This document shows positions 41,027 to 50,235 of a DNA stretch of 64,000 nucleotides, piece by piece. How positions within the stretch are numbered: the first letter of the stretch is position 1; each line of letters opens with the position of its first letter. The stretch is from Endomicrobiales bacterium (lineage in GTDB: Bacteria; Elusimicrobiota; Endomicrobiia; Endomicrobiales; JALOBY01). A program made the translations under genes and the position numbers. The notes beneath the pieces were generated by a model, which was given only the letters and a program-made list of their open reading frames with translations, made no database searches and was not told where the DNA came from. The DNA is taken from positions 64,001 through 128,000 of the forward strand of contig CAWCNJ010000004.1 in NCBI GenBank assembly GCA_963796955.1. Reading direction: 5' to 3'.

Positions 41027-42328
41027 ATGGCAAAGATCAAGAAAGTTGTCGGCCGTGAAATTATCGATTCGCGCGGTAACCCTACAGTTGAGGTTGATAT
41101 TATATTGGACAATGGTACGCTTGGCCGTGCGGCGGTGCCTTCCGGTGCCTCTACCGGCGAGCGCGAAGCGCTTGAGCTGCGTGACGGCGACAAGAAACGC
41201 TACATGGGCAAAGGCGTTCTTAAAGCAGTGGAGAACGTTAACAAGATACTCGGACCGGCGATAGTCGGCATGGAAGTTACCGAGCAGCAGAAAATAGACG
41301 GAGTTATGCTTCAGCTTGACGGTACGGACTTTAAGAGCAAACTCGGCGCCAATGCGATCCTGGGTACCTCAATGGCCATTGCGCGTGCCGCCGCCGCCGA
41401 CCTTAAAATGCCGCTGTACGAATATATCCGCAAAGCCTTCAGCATCCAATCCAATGAATATATCCTTCCCGTGCCTCTTATGAACATCATCAACGGCGGG
41501 GAACATGCCGATAACAACGTTGACCTGCAGGAGTTCATGATAGCCCCGGTAGGCGCCACCTCTTTCCGTGAAGCTTTCCGTATGGGAGCCGAGGTTTTCC
41601 ACAACCTTAAAAAAGTGCTTAACAGCAAAAAATACGCTACCGGCGTCGGCGATGAAGGCGGTTTTGCCCCGAACCTTGGTTCCAACGAAGAAGCCCTTTC
41701 CGTTATAGCCGAAGCCGTAAAAGCTGCTGGCTACGAGCTTGGCAAAGACATTTTGCTTGCCCTTGACGTCGCGGCCTCCGAGCTTTACGACGGTAAAGTC
41801 TATACCCTTGAAGGCGAGCAGAAGGATAAGGTTAAGACCTCCGAGCAGATGGTGGCCTTCTACGCTGATCTTATGAAAAAATATCCGATCATCTCCATTG
41901 AAGACGGCCTCAGCGAAAAAGACTGGGACGGCTGGAAGAAGATGACTGACAGCCTTGGCAAAAAAGTGCAGCTGGTCGGCGACGATATTTTTGTTACCAA
42001 CACCAAAATATTCGCCGAAGGCATTACAAAAGGCATAGCCAATTCCATCCTTATAAAAGTTAACCAGATCGGTTCGCTTACCGAGACCGTCGCCGCTATT
42101 CAGATGGCTTATAAGGCCGGCTATACCGCCATATCTTCTCACCGCTCCGGTGAGACGGAAGACTCTTTCATCGCCGACCTTGCCGTCGCCCTTAACACCG
42201 GCCAGATAAAGACCGGCTCGGCCAGCCGTACCGACCGTATCTGCAAATACAATCAGTTGCTGAGAATAGAAGAAGAATTGGGCTCAAAAGCCTCGTATCT
42301 TGGAAAGAAGGCCTTTAAACAAGCCTAA
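41027..42328 (+). CDS. eno: Enolase
   Basis: [47 protein letters not shown]. Confidence 0.98.
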   Translation: MAKIKKVVGREIIDSRGNPTVEVDIILDNGTLGRAAVPSGASTGEREALELRDGDKKRYMGKGVLKAVENVNKILGPAIVGMEVTEQQKIDGVMLQLDGTDFKSKLGANAILGTSMAIARAAAADLKMPLYEYIRKAFSIQSNEYILPVPLMNIINGGEHADNNVDLQEFMIAPVGATSFREAFRMGAEVFHNLKKVLNSKKYATGVGDEGGFAPNLGSNEEALSVIAEAVKAAGYELGKDILLALDVAASELYDGKVYTLEGEQKDKVKTSEQMVAFYADLMKKYPIISIEDGLSEKDWDGWKKMTDSLGKKVQLVGDDIFVTNTKIFAEGITKGIANSILIKVNQIGSLTETVAAIQMAYKAGYTAISSHRSGETEDSFIADLAVALNTGQIKTGSASRTDRICKYNQLLRIEEELGSKASYLGKKAFKQA

Positions 42329-42337
42329 AACCGTTAC

Positions 42338-42610
42338 ATGAAATTCAAGCCAGGAAAATGGTTCATAGTTATCGCTGCGGGTGTCATTGTTGTGTTACTT
42401 GCCAACAATGGCGCCCGCAAGATATACCAGCGCTATTGGGAGCTGAACACACTCGGCGACCAGCTGCGCCAGGCACAGAAGGAAAACGTACTTTTGCGTA
42501 AAGAGATATATTTTCTGGAGAACGACCCTTCCTACATAGAAAAAATGGCACGACGCGAGCTGGGTCTCGTTTCAAAGGGCGAGATAGAGTACCGGTTCAA
42601 AAAGCAGTAG
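42338..42610 (+). CDS. ftsB: Septum formation initiator FtsB/DivIC
   Basis: TM plus coiled coil, IEK.AR.ELGL...GE motif; follows eno. Confidence 0.82.
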   Translation: MKFKPGKWFIVIAAGVIVVLLANNGARKIYQRYWELNTLGDQLRQAQKENVLLRKEIYFLENDPSYIEKMARRELGLVSKGEIEYRFKKQ

Positions 42611-42625
42611 TAAGCCGGAGGATAC

Positions 42626-43945
42626 ATGAGAGTTATACTTGTTCTTTTACTGTTACTGGCCCCCGCGTATTCTTACGCCAATGACCCTGTAACCGCGCCC
42701 TTGACGCCTCCCGCCGATCAACAGCAATCTACCCAATGCAATTCCCTTCAGACGGTAAAAGAAGCGGAAATACTGTACCGCAAGGCACTGGCAAGCTTCG
42801 GGAAAGGTAACCAGCAAAAGGCCCGCGAGTATTTCGGGCAGGCCCTTCAACGCCTTGCCTCGATGGACGCCGACCCCGCCATTTGTAACGGTGCCCACGA
42901 TGAATTCGATAAACTTTTCGCCAAATTGAACGATACTCTATATAAGCAGTCGTGCGCTGTCGGCCCCGTGCACCACTTCGCGATGTTCGACCCGAAAGAC
43001 AATGATGTCGTGCAAAAATATTTAAGGATCTACAGCGACGAAGCCAAACCCAGGGTGCAGAAGGCGCTTGAAGCCTCTATGAAATACCGCGGCATGATCA
43101 TGGAAACCCTGCGGGAAAATGATATGCCCGAAGAACTGGTTTTCCTGCCGGTCGTGGAAAGCCTGTACAATAACGACGATGTTTCTTCCGCGGGCGCCGT
43201 TGGTTTGTGGCAGTTCATGCCGAAACAGGCGCGCGCCCAGGGCCTGAAAGTCGATTATTTCATCGACGAACGCAAAGACCCGGTGAAGGCTACCCGCGCG
43301 GCGTGTAACTATCTGCGGGACCTCTACGCGATGTTCGGCAACTGGCCGCTTGCCCTTGCGGCCTATAACAGGGGGGAGAACGGACTTGGACGCGACATGC
43401 TTTTTTCGCAGGCGGCAGGCCTTGACGAGATGGTAGCGCGCAGGTCGGTGCCCAGAGAAACAGAAAATTACGTGCCGCAGTTCGTGGCCGCTTCCCTGAT
43501 AGGAACGGAGCCCGAAAAATACGGCTTTAGACTTAATTATGAGCCTGCGTTAACGTACGATGAAGTGCAGATAAACAGCGTTATAGGCCTGGAAGTGATA
43601 GCAAAAGCCGCCGGTTGCGAGGTGGACGACCTGCGGGATCTTAACCCGCAGTTACGTGCCTGGTGCACGCCGCCGGATTACCCCGATTTTGCCCTGCGCC
43701 TTCCCGCCGGCACCAAGGCCGCTTTTACCACGAATATCGCCCTGGTAAAAGACCTGAATCCATCCAGAGGCTTTGTGAAATATAAGGTCCACAAGGGTGA
43801 TGTGCTGGGCAAGATAGCAAAAAAATACGGCGTTTCTGTCGCCTCTATCCGGGAACTGAACAAAATGAAAAAAGACCGCGTGCTTTCAATAAATCAAGTG
43901 CTTCTGATACGGCCGGGCCGGAAAGCCCTTGCTAAAAAATCGTGA
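42626..43945 (+). CDS. Lytic transglycosylase (MltD-like, SLT + LysM)
   Basis: VES, AVGLWQFM, DERKDP, LAAYNRG, ET.NYVP, C-terminal LysM. Confidence 0.9.
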   Translation: MRVILVLLLLLAPAYSYANDPVTAPLTPPADQQQSTQCNSLQTVKEAEILYRKALASFGKGNQQKAREYFGQALQRLASMDADPAICNGAHDEFDKLFAKLNDTLYKQSCAVGPVHHFAMFDPKDNDVVQKYLRIYSDEAKPRVQKALEASMKYRGMIMETLRENDMPEELVFLPVVESLYNNDDVSSAGAVGLWQFMPKQARAQGLKVDYFIDERKDPVKATRAACNYLRDLYAMFGNWPLALAAYNRGENGLGRDMLFSQAAGLDEMVARRSVPRETENYVPQFVAASLIGTEPEKYGFRLNYEPALTYDEVQINSVIGLEVIAKAAGCEVDDLRDLNPQLRAWCTPPDYPDFALRLPAGTKAAFTTNIALVKDLNPSRGFVKYKVHKGDVLGKIAKKYGVSVASIRELNKMKKDRVLSINQVLLIRPGRKALAKKS

Positions 43946-45684
43946 CCATGACCACCATAACCGAACCCGTCATTTTAAAAGGCGAATCACTTTCTGAAGG
44001 CGTGGCCTACAGCGGCACCTGCCTGTATAAGGAAGACCTTTTTGACGTGTTGCCGCGCCGTTCCATCGCCCGGGAAGAAGAACCCGTGGAACAGGAGCGG
44101 TACGACCGCGCCATCGCCGTGACCCGTGCGGATCTCGCCAAAGACCGCGACACCGTTGCCTCAACGATCAGTAAGCTGGAAGCCGATATTTTTACCGCCC
44201 ACATACTGATCCTGGAAGACCCTTCTTTTTCCGACGAGATACGGAAACTTATCGCCTCCGAACACATCAACGCCGAATACGCGATCCTGAAGATCGCCCA
44301 GGCCTATGAAGAAAAATTCAAACTGATGCCGAACGAATATTTTAAGGAACGAATCCAGGACATCAACGATATCGCCAAACGGCTGGTGCGCAACCTGGGC
44401 GTAAAGCATACGGCTCCGCTGTGCGCCGTTTGTCTTTCCGGAAAACCGGGCATCATTGCCACGCAGCTGTTGAGCGCCTCATTCATCGCTGGCCTCTACG
44501 ACCGCCCGATAGCCGCCATCGCCGCAGAGACCGGTTCAGCGCTGTCTCATGGGGCGATACTGGCTAAGGCCATGGGCGTGCCGGTGGTCATAAACGTGCC
44601 GGGCCTGCTGCAGCACCTTGCCTGCGGCGCCTCCATGCTGATAGACGGCAACAAAGGCCTGGTGATCATCGATCCCGACGAAGAAATACTAAAACGATAT
44701 AAACCGCAGCTGCAGCAGGTGGAAGAAAAAAAATATGCGGCCGGGTTCCTGCAAACCAGAGACGGCTACCGGGTCAACATCCTTGCCAACGCCGGTTCTC
44801 TGACGGGCGTTAAAATAGCCGCCGGTAACAATATTAAGGACATCGGTCTTTTTCGCACGGAATTCGCCTTCCTTGAACAATCGGCGGAGCCCAGTATAGA
44901 ATCCCAGATAGAAAGTTACCGCGCGGTGATGCATGCCTGCCCGGGGGTGGTCACGTTCCGTCTGCTGGACATCGGCGGCGATAAAATAGTGGATTTCCTG
45001 CAATTTCCGCAGCAGGACAATCCGAACCTTGGGCTGCGCGGCGCGCGGGTATACGAGCAATATCCTGCGCTTATCTCAAACCAGATAGAGGCGCTGCTGC
45101 GCGCAAAAGGCCGCCGGCCCATGAAGCTGCTGGTGCCCATGGTCTCGACGCTGAAAGAATTCCGCCTTGCCCGCACGCTGATCGGCAGAAAACTGAAAGA
45201 ACTGAAAGGTAAACATGATATAGATGCCGCAAACCTGCAGGTAGGCTGCATGATAGAGGTGCCCTCAGCCGTCTACACCCTGCCCGCCCTGCTTGAAGAC
45301 GCCGATTTCATAAGCATAGGCACTAACGACCTTATTCAATACATCATGGGTGTAGACCGCAATAACACACACCTGGGCGACCTTTCAAGCCCCTTTCAGC
45401 CCGCCGTGCTGAAAGTGCTCTCAGAGATCAGCCGGGCCGCTATACACCACAACGGTACCACCGCCAAAGAGGTAGTGGTCTGCGGCGAAGTAGCTTCCGA
45501 CCCGCTTATGGCCCAGATACTGGTGGGCCTTGGTTACGAAAACCTGAGTATAAACATACACCGCCTCACCGCCGTCGGCGACGCCCTCGCCGCCTACACC
45601 CGCCACGAACTGATAGACCACGCCCGCAACCTTTTGTCCCTGCCCACCCTGGAACACGTGCTGGACCTTTTTGCCAACCGATAA
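43942..45684 (+). CDS. Phosphoenolpyruvate-protein phosphotransferase (PTS enzyme I-like)
   Basis: SHGAILAK phospho-His, IGLFRTEF, DIGGDK, NP.LGLRG, MIEVP, SIGTNDL.QY, VCGE. Confidence 0.88.
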   Translation: MTMTTITEPVILKGESLSEGVAYSGTCLYKEDLFDVLPRRSIAREEEPVEQERYDRAIAVTRADLAKDRDTVASTISKLEADIFTAHILILEDPSFSDEIRKLIASEHINAEYAILKIAQAYEEKFKLMPNEYFKERIQDINDIAKRLVRNLGVKHTAPLCAVCLSGKPGIIATQLLSASFIAGLYDRPIAAIAAETGSALSHGAILAKAMGVPVVINVPGLLQHLACGASMLIDGNKGLVIIDPDEEILKRYKPQLQQVEEKKYAAGFLQTRDGYRVNILANAGSLTGVKIAAGNNIKDIGLFRTEFAFLEQSAEPSIESQIESYRAVMHACPGVVTFRLLDIGGDKIVDFLQFPQQDNPNLGLRGARVYEQYPALISNQIEALLRAKGRRPMKLLVPMVSTLKEFRLARTLIGRKLKELKGKHDIDAANLQVGCMIEVPSAVYTLPALLEDADFISIGTNDLIQYIMGVDRNNTHLGDLSSPFQPAVLKVLSEISRAAIHHNGTTAKEVVVCGEVASDPLMAQILVGLGYENLSINIHRLTAVGDALAAYTRHELIDHARNLLSLPTLEHVLDLFANR

Positions 45685-45691
45685 ATTGTTC

Positions 45692-45764
45692 TTGACAACA
45701 ACGATAATGGATAATATAATATCTATAGAATACAAATTTTTAATTATAGGATAATATATTGTCT
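45692..45764 (+). promoter_or_regulatory. Consensus sigma70 promoter with two putative operator sites for hipBA
   Basis: TTGACA(45692)-17-TATAAT(45715); repeats GGATAATATAATATCT (45709) and GGATAATATATTGTCT (45749). Confidence 0.7.
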
Positions 45765-46079
45765 TCTATTCCTGATCTAGATGATTTCAGTGTGGGTAAA
45801 CTTTCTGCGGGAATCAGCGCAAGGGTAAAGGCCCGTCGTCTGGAACTGAACCTGACTCAATCTGCCCTTTCAAAAAGATCCGGTGTAAGCCTTGGGACGC
45901 TTAAACATTTTGAAAGATACGCAAAAATATCGTTGCAACACCTGCTTATGCTCGCCATCGCAATGCAGGCCGCCCAGGAATTCAAGAAGCTTTTTTCAAC
46001 CAAACTTTATCTGAGTATCGACGATGTGATCAAAAACAACAAACCAACCAAGCGGCAAAGGGGAAGGCTTAATGTTTAA
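45759..46079 (+). CDS. XRE-family HTH antitoxin (HipB-like)
   Basis: R...NLTQ..L..RSGVS.GTLK.FE HTH directly upstream of and overlapping hipA. Confidence 0.82.
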   Translation: MSSIPDLDDFSVGKLSAGISARVKARRLELNLTQSALSKRSGVSLGTLKHFERYAKISLQHLLMLAIAMQAAQEFKKLFSTKLYLSIDDVIKNNKPTKRQRGRLNV

Positions 46080-47175
46080 ACCCGTTAAAGTCCTTACGGT
46101 AACCATGCAAGGGCGCACGGTGGGCAAGCTGGCGCTTACCCCGGAAAACATCTGTGTTTTTGAATATGATAAAAAATTTCTCGTGTCAGGTTTTTCAATC
46201 TCACCGTTATATCTTCCGTTAAAGACAGGTGTGTTCGTCGCCAAGCAGGAGCCGTTCAACGGCCTGTTCGGTGTGTTCAGCGACAGCCTGCCTGATGGCT
46301 GGGGCAAATTGCTGATAGATAGATTACTTCAAAAGCACAAGATCGACCCGCACGGTCTTACCGCTCTCGACAGGCTTACGATCGTCGGTAAAAACGGCAT
46401 GGGCGCCCTTGAATACCAGCCCGCTAATACCTTTTTCAAAGGTGAAAATTCTAACGATATCGCTTACATCGCAAAAGAAGTGCAGAAAGTACTGAACGAA
46501 AATTACTCCGGCCATTTAGAGCTTCTGGCTGAAAAAGAGGGCAGTTCCGGTGGCGCGCGCCCGAAGGTTTCCTTAAAGATAAACGGGGAAGAGTGGCTGA
46601 TAAAATTCCCCGGTTCAATGGACCCCGGCGACATAGGAACGATAGAATATAAATATTCCATCGCCGCTAAAGCCTGTGGTATAGAAATGCACGAAACAAA
46701 ATTATTTGACGGTAAATATTTCGGTGTTAAACGGTTCGACCGCGACGGAAAAAGAAAAGTGCACATGCATTCGGCTGCCGGCCTGCTGCATGCCGATTTT
46801 CGCCTTCCATCCCTTGATTATCTCGACCTGTTCAAGGCAACGCTTGCCATTACCAACGATATGGGCGAAGTAGTAAAACTCTACCGGCAAATGGTATTCA
46901 ACGTAATAACCGGCAATAAAGATGACCATGCCAAAAATTTCTCATACTTGTGCATACATAATAAGTGGCGGCTTTCACCCGCCTACGACCTGGTTCCCTG
47001 CCCTGGTTTTAACGGCCAGCATACTACCACAATAAACGGCAACGGCCTGCCGGATACAACTGACATCCTCACAGTAGCAACCGAGATCGGCATAAACAAA
47101 ACTCTGGCCTTAAGCATTCTCGAAGAAGCAAAAGTAAAAACAAGAACACTCCCTAAATTAAGTGCGATCGCTTGA
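46072..47175 (+). CDS. hipA: HipA family kinase toxin
   Basis: DSLPDGWG, GSSGGARPK, KRFDR, DDHAKNFS, LSPAYDL. Confidence 0.92.
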   Translation: MFKPVKVLTVTMQGRTVGKLALTPENICVFEYDKKFLVSGFSISPLYLPLKTGVFVAKQEPFNGLFGVFSDSLPDGWGKLLIDRLLQKHKIDPHGLTALDRLTIVGKNGMGALEYQPANTFFKGENSNDIAYIAKEVQKVLNENYSGHLELLAEKEGSSGGARPKVSLKINGEEWLIKFPGSMDPGDIGTIEYKYSIAAKACGIEMHETKLFDGKYFGVKRFDRDGKRKVHMHSAAGLLHADFRLPSLDYLDLFKATLAITNDMGEVVKLYRQMVFNVITGNKDDHAKNFSYLCIHNKWRLSPAYDLVPCPGFNGQHTTTINGNGLPDTTDILTVATEIGINKTLALSILEEAKVKTRTLPKLSAIA

Positions 47176-47254
47176 TCAGTATTGACAAATTTATGCGGAT
47201 ATGTTAAAAAGTTGTGACTAAATTATGTAGATGTATAAAAAAGACAGGAGGGTT

Positions 47255-48502
47255 ATGTTTCATCGGTTCTTGGAGAAAATTGCTTTTTCTGATATATTTT
47301 CGCGCCAGATGCGATTTATTGCGGGCCCGCGTCAATCTGGTAAAACAACACTTGCCAAAACTAAATTGAAACAGATGGACTGCGCAAAATATTATTATAA
47401 TTGGGACACATCGGAGTTGCGCGACAGGCAGCGGAAGGAGCTGGATTTCCTGAGGCCCGATATGTCGGCTTTGGATTCTCGTAAAGGCAAAACATGGGTT
47501 TGTTTCGACGAAATACATAAATATCCGAAGTGGAAGAATATTTTAAAGTCTTACTTTGATACCTACGAGGACAAAGTGAATTTTATTGTAACAGGCAGCG
47601 CCATGCTTGACCTGATGCGAAAATCCGGCGACAGTCTTGCCGGGCGCTATTTTATTTTCAGGCTTAACCCGCTTATGCTTGCTGAGGTCGCAGGGGCGCA
47701 TGGAGAGGAAATATTGATTCCCGGCGAAAACAGCGTTGGATACATTGAGTCAGTATTGCAGGGGTCACGTGAAGAAAAAGATTCGTTTGCGCACCTGCTG
47801 AGATATGGGGCCTTCCCGGAGCCATTGTTGAACGAAAACGATATTTTTGCCAAAAAGTGGCACCGTGATTATGTAGAGAGGATAGTAAAAGAGGATTTGC
47901 GAGATCTTTCGACGATAAGCCACTTGGAAAAAGTAATGGAACTAACGCTTATGCTTCCGGATAAAGTAGGGGCGCCGCTTTCAATTAACTCACTGAGAGA
48001 AGATCTGGAGATGAATTTTAGCTCTGTAAAAAACTACATTAACTATCTTCAGCTTTCTTACATTTTATTCCTAATTCCACCCTATAGCAGAAAAAATTCC
48101 AGGCTGGTGAGAAAGGAAAAAAAGTTATATTTTTACGACTGGGCCCTTATTGAGAATGAGGGTAAAAGGTTTGAGAATTTTGTAGCCCTTGAGCTGAAAT
48201 CCCGCATTGAACTATGGAACGAGTCCTCAAAGGATAGCTTTGACCTGTTCTTTGTGCGCGGGCGCGAAGGGTATGAGACGGATTTCCTGCTTACGAGGAA
48301 TAATACCCCCTATATTCTTATAGAGGCAAAACTCTCGGAAAATAACATAGAGCCGCACCACTACAGGCATTCTTCGATGTTTGACGGCATCCCGTTTATA
48401 CAACTGGTAAGACAGAACGGTGTGCTGGAAAGAAAAAGCAAGGGATGTTATGTACTATCCGCCTCAAGGTTCCTGAGCGGTTTTTTTAAACAAGCCAGTT
48501 AG
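47255..48502 (+). CDS. AAA+ ATPase with DUF4143 domain
   Basis: GPRQSGKTT, FDEIHK, VTGS, SLAGR, KLYFYD, ETDF; RBS AGGAGG before ATG 47255. Confidence 0.85.
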   Translation: MFHRFLEKIAFSDIFSRQMRFIAGPRQSGKTTLAKTKLKQMDCAKYYYNWDTSELRDRQRKELDFLRPDMSALDSRKGKTWVCFDEIHKYPKWKNILKSYFDTYEDKVNFIVTGSAMLDLMRKSGDSLAGRYFIFRLNPLMLAEVAGAHGEEILIPGENSVGYIESVLQGSREEKDSFAHLLRYGAFPEPLLNENDIFAKKWHRDYVERIVKEDLRDLSTISHLEKVMELTLMLPDKVGAPLSINSLREDLEMNFSSVKNYINYLQLSYILFLIPPYSRKNSRLVRKEKKLYFYDWALIENEGKRFENFVALELKSRIELWNESSKDSFDLFFVRGREGYETDFLLTRNNTPYILIEAKLSENNIEPHHYRHSSMFDGIPFIQLVRQNGVLERKSKGCYVLSASRFLSGFFKQAS

Positions 48503-48526
48503 AGACAAGAAGCTTAATAAAATTTC

Positions 48527-48613
48527 TTGACAGGCAATTACGAGGGTTTCGGAGTTGGTTTCGGTATAAACCTGTGCAATATCAAAATAGATTATGCCTT
48601 CGTCCCTTACGGC
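48527..48613 (+). pseudogene. 3' remnant of a PorV/PorQ-family gene
   Basis: Translates to LTGNYEGFGVGFGINLCNIKIDYAFVPYG, matching the C-terminus of the 35172-36104 protein (GLSTGFGV....QLDYAFVPMG). Confidence 0.65.
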
Positions 48614-48661
48614 GTGAAAACCCATTGAAAAATAAGGCAAAATTTTTATAACACAAAATTG

Positions 48662-48690
48662 TTGACAAAATTGGGATTGTCTGTTATATT
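48662..48690 (+). promoter_or_regulatory. Sigma70 promoter upstream of the riboswitch
   Basis: TTGACA-17 nt-TATATT with extended -10 TG. Confidence 0.6.
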
Positions 48691-48733
48691 TCTAGTGCAC
48701 CAGAAAAACTTGTTTTAGAAAAAAGCCATACCA

Positions 48734-48899
48734 TACCCGAAAAAGGCAAACCCGGTGAAAGCCGGGGACGCAAAGCCGCCCGGAAAACTTACCGGGCATC
48801 ACGCGACGGGTCGCGTGGTACGGGCCTTCAACGACGTATCTTCGGACTCCGGTCTCCGGACTCCGGACTGTCGTAAAGGTGGCCGGGTTGCCGAAGGTA
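48734..48899 (+). ncRNA. c-di-GMP-I (GEMM) riboswitch, variant with insertions
   Basis: GGCAAACCCGGTGAAAGCCGGGGACGCAAAGCC (P2 with GAAA tetraloop) ... ACGGGCCT ... AGGTGGCCGGGTTGCCGAA; P1 TACC/GGTA. Confidence 0.85.
48843..48870 (+). repeat. 4 x 7-nt tandem repeat in the riboswitch P3 loop
   Basis: CGGACTC CGGTCTC CGGACTC CGGACTG. Confidence 0.85.
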
Positions 48900-48904
48900 A
48901 CCTA

Positions 48905-49405
48905 ATGAAGCTAAAACTATTATTCCCATGTTTTATCACCGTTATGCTAAGCTGTACGGCATGGTGCGCGGCGGCAGGGGGAACTGCCCGCCAGACCGGC
49001 GTTTTTTTGCCATCAATTGATATCCAGTCGTCGCAAGAAGATCTGGACGTTCGCGATAGCAATAATAATATTATAGCCTCAATACAGGCGCAACAAGACC
49101 TGAGAGACATATTCCTCTCCGGTCTTTTTTCTTTATTAAGTCAACCTGAGTTATATACTTACGCGCGCGCCTGCGAAGTTTTGGCTAAAAGGCTGGGATT
49201 TGGGGCGCATGCCCTTGCGGCCGCGGCTGCCGGAGCTGTAACCCGCTCGGTTGATGCACTTCTTTCAGGCCGCACCGAAAAAAATATCGTTGCCTGCTTC
49301 TTGGTCGTATTTCTCGCGATAGTGGTCGTTTCTGCTTTCCGCATTCCTGCCCCAATGCTTTCGCTGCCGCTGGTGGCGATGGCACCCGTTTCATTGCGCT
49401 GTTAA
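48905..49405 (+). CDS. Hypothetical membrane/secreted protein (signal peptide, C-terminal TM, ends PVSLRC)
   Basis: ATG 6 nt after GAAGGT; hydrophobic N-terminus and C-terminal hydrophobic segment. Confidence 0.6.
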   Translation: MKLKLLFPCFITVMLSCTAWCAAAGGTARQTGVFLPSIDIQSSQEDLDVRDSNNNIIASIQAQQDLRDIFLSGLFSLLSQPELYTYARACEVLAKRLGFGAHALAAAAAGAVTRSVDALLSGRTEKNIVACFLVVFLAIVVVSAFRIPAPMLSLPLVAMAPVSLRC

Positions 49406-49488
49406 CCAATGGCCCAGGCCGTCCATAGAGGGCGGCCCCCGATGCGATCCTTGCAGTTTCGATGTATGGGCTTACGGGGACATGTGCA

Positions 49489-50235
49489 ATGACAAACCCA
49501 ATTGTTGTTGAAAAATCAATCAAAAGATTTATGAGCGCTTGCCGCTCTTTGTGGGCTGTTGTTACCCGCCAAGCAGGGCTGGTTTTTTTTCACGCGCGCG
49601 AGAACCTTAATAAGGGCGCAATTATTGCCTGCCTTGGGGTAGTTGTGTTGTTTGGCCAGTGCTATGCAGCCGATAGCGTTGACCAAACGGCACAAAAACT
49701 TGCAAGCGCAGACCGCAAAGTTATGTTCGCGGCGATAAATTCGCTTGCGGCTCTTAACCAGGCCGATGCCGATCTGCAGCTGAAGAATTTTTATTCCACA
49801 GTCAGTGAAAACTACGTGAAAATGCAGGTTTTGCAGGCGGTGGCGGCAAATAACAGCCCTTCCGCAAGGGCGATAATCCGCCTTGGTTTGAAGGATGCCA
49901 ACGAGTATGTGCGCAAGGCCGCCGTGCAGGCATTATCCTTTGCTCCCGATGAGAAAGAGGCTGTTAAAGCCCTGACGGACACCCTGAACACCGAAAAGAA
50001 CGATTCGGTGAGAGGCCACGCGCTTACGGCCCTTTCAAATTTTAGTTCCACGTCGGCAGTAGCCGCGATAAGCACCGAATTAGGCGACAAAACAAGAGGC
50101 AAAGAACACCGCCTGCGCGCCGCGCAGTCCCTGCGCCGCATCGGCGGCAAACAGGCAAAAGCCGCTCTGGATAAAGCTAAGAACGACCCGCAGATATCGA
50201 AAGAAATTGACGCCATGAACAAGGCCGGCAAATGA
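49489..50235 (+). CDS. HEAT-repeat protein, probably exported
   Basis: LKDANEYVRKAAVQAL, VRGHALTAL and RLRAAQSLRRIG repeats after a signal-like segment; its stop overlaps the giant gene start (ATGA). Confidence 0.8.
   Translation: MTNPIVVEKSIKRFMSACRSLWAVVTRQAGLVFFHARENLNKGAIIACLGVVVLFGQCYAADSVDQTAQKLASADRKVMFAAINSLAALNQADADLQLKNFYSTVSENYVKMQVLQAVAANNSPSARAIIRLGLKDANEYVRKAAVQALSFAPDEKEAVKALTDTLNTEKNDSVRGHALTALSNFSSTSAVAAISTELGDKTRGKEHRLRAAQSLRRIGGKQAKAALDKAKNDPQISKEIDAMNKAGK

Noticed and set aside
48843..48870. 7-mer repeats as a CRISPR array or iterons
   Set aside because: Too short, no spacers, and no cas or rep gene nearby.
48755..48904. N-terminal extension of the 48755-49405 ORF from GTG
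   Set aside because: The GTG lies inside riboswitch P2; ATG 48905 has an RBS and starts a signal peptide.
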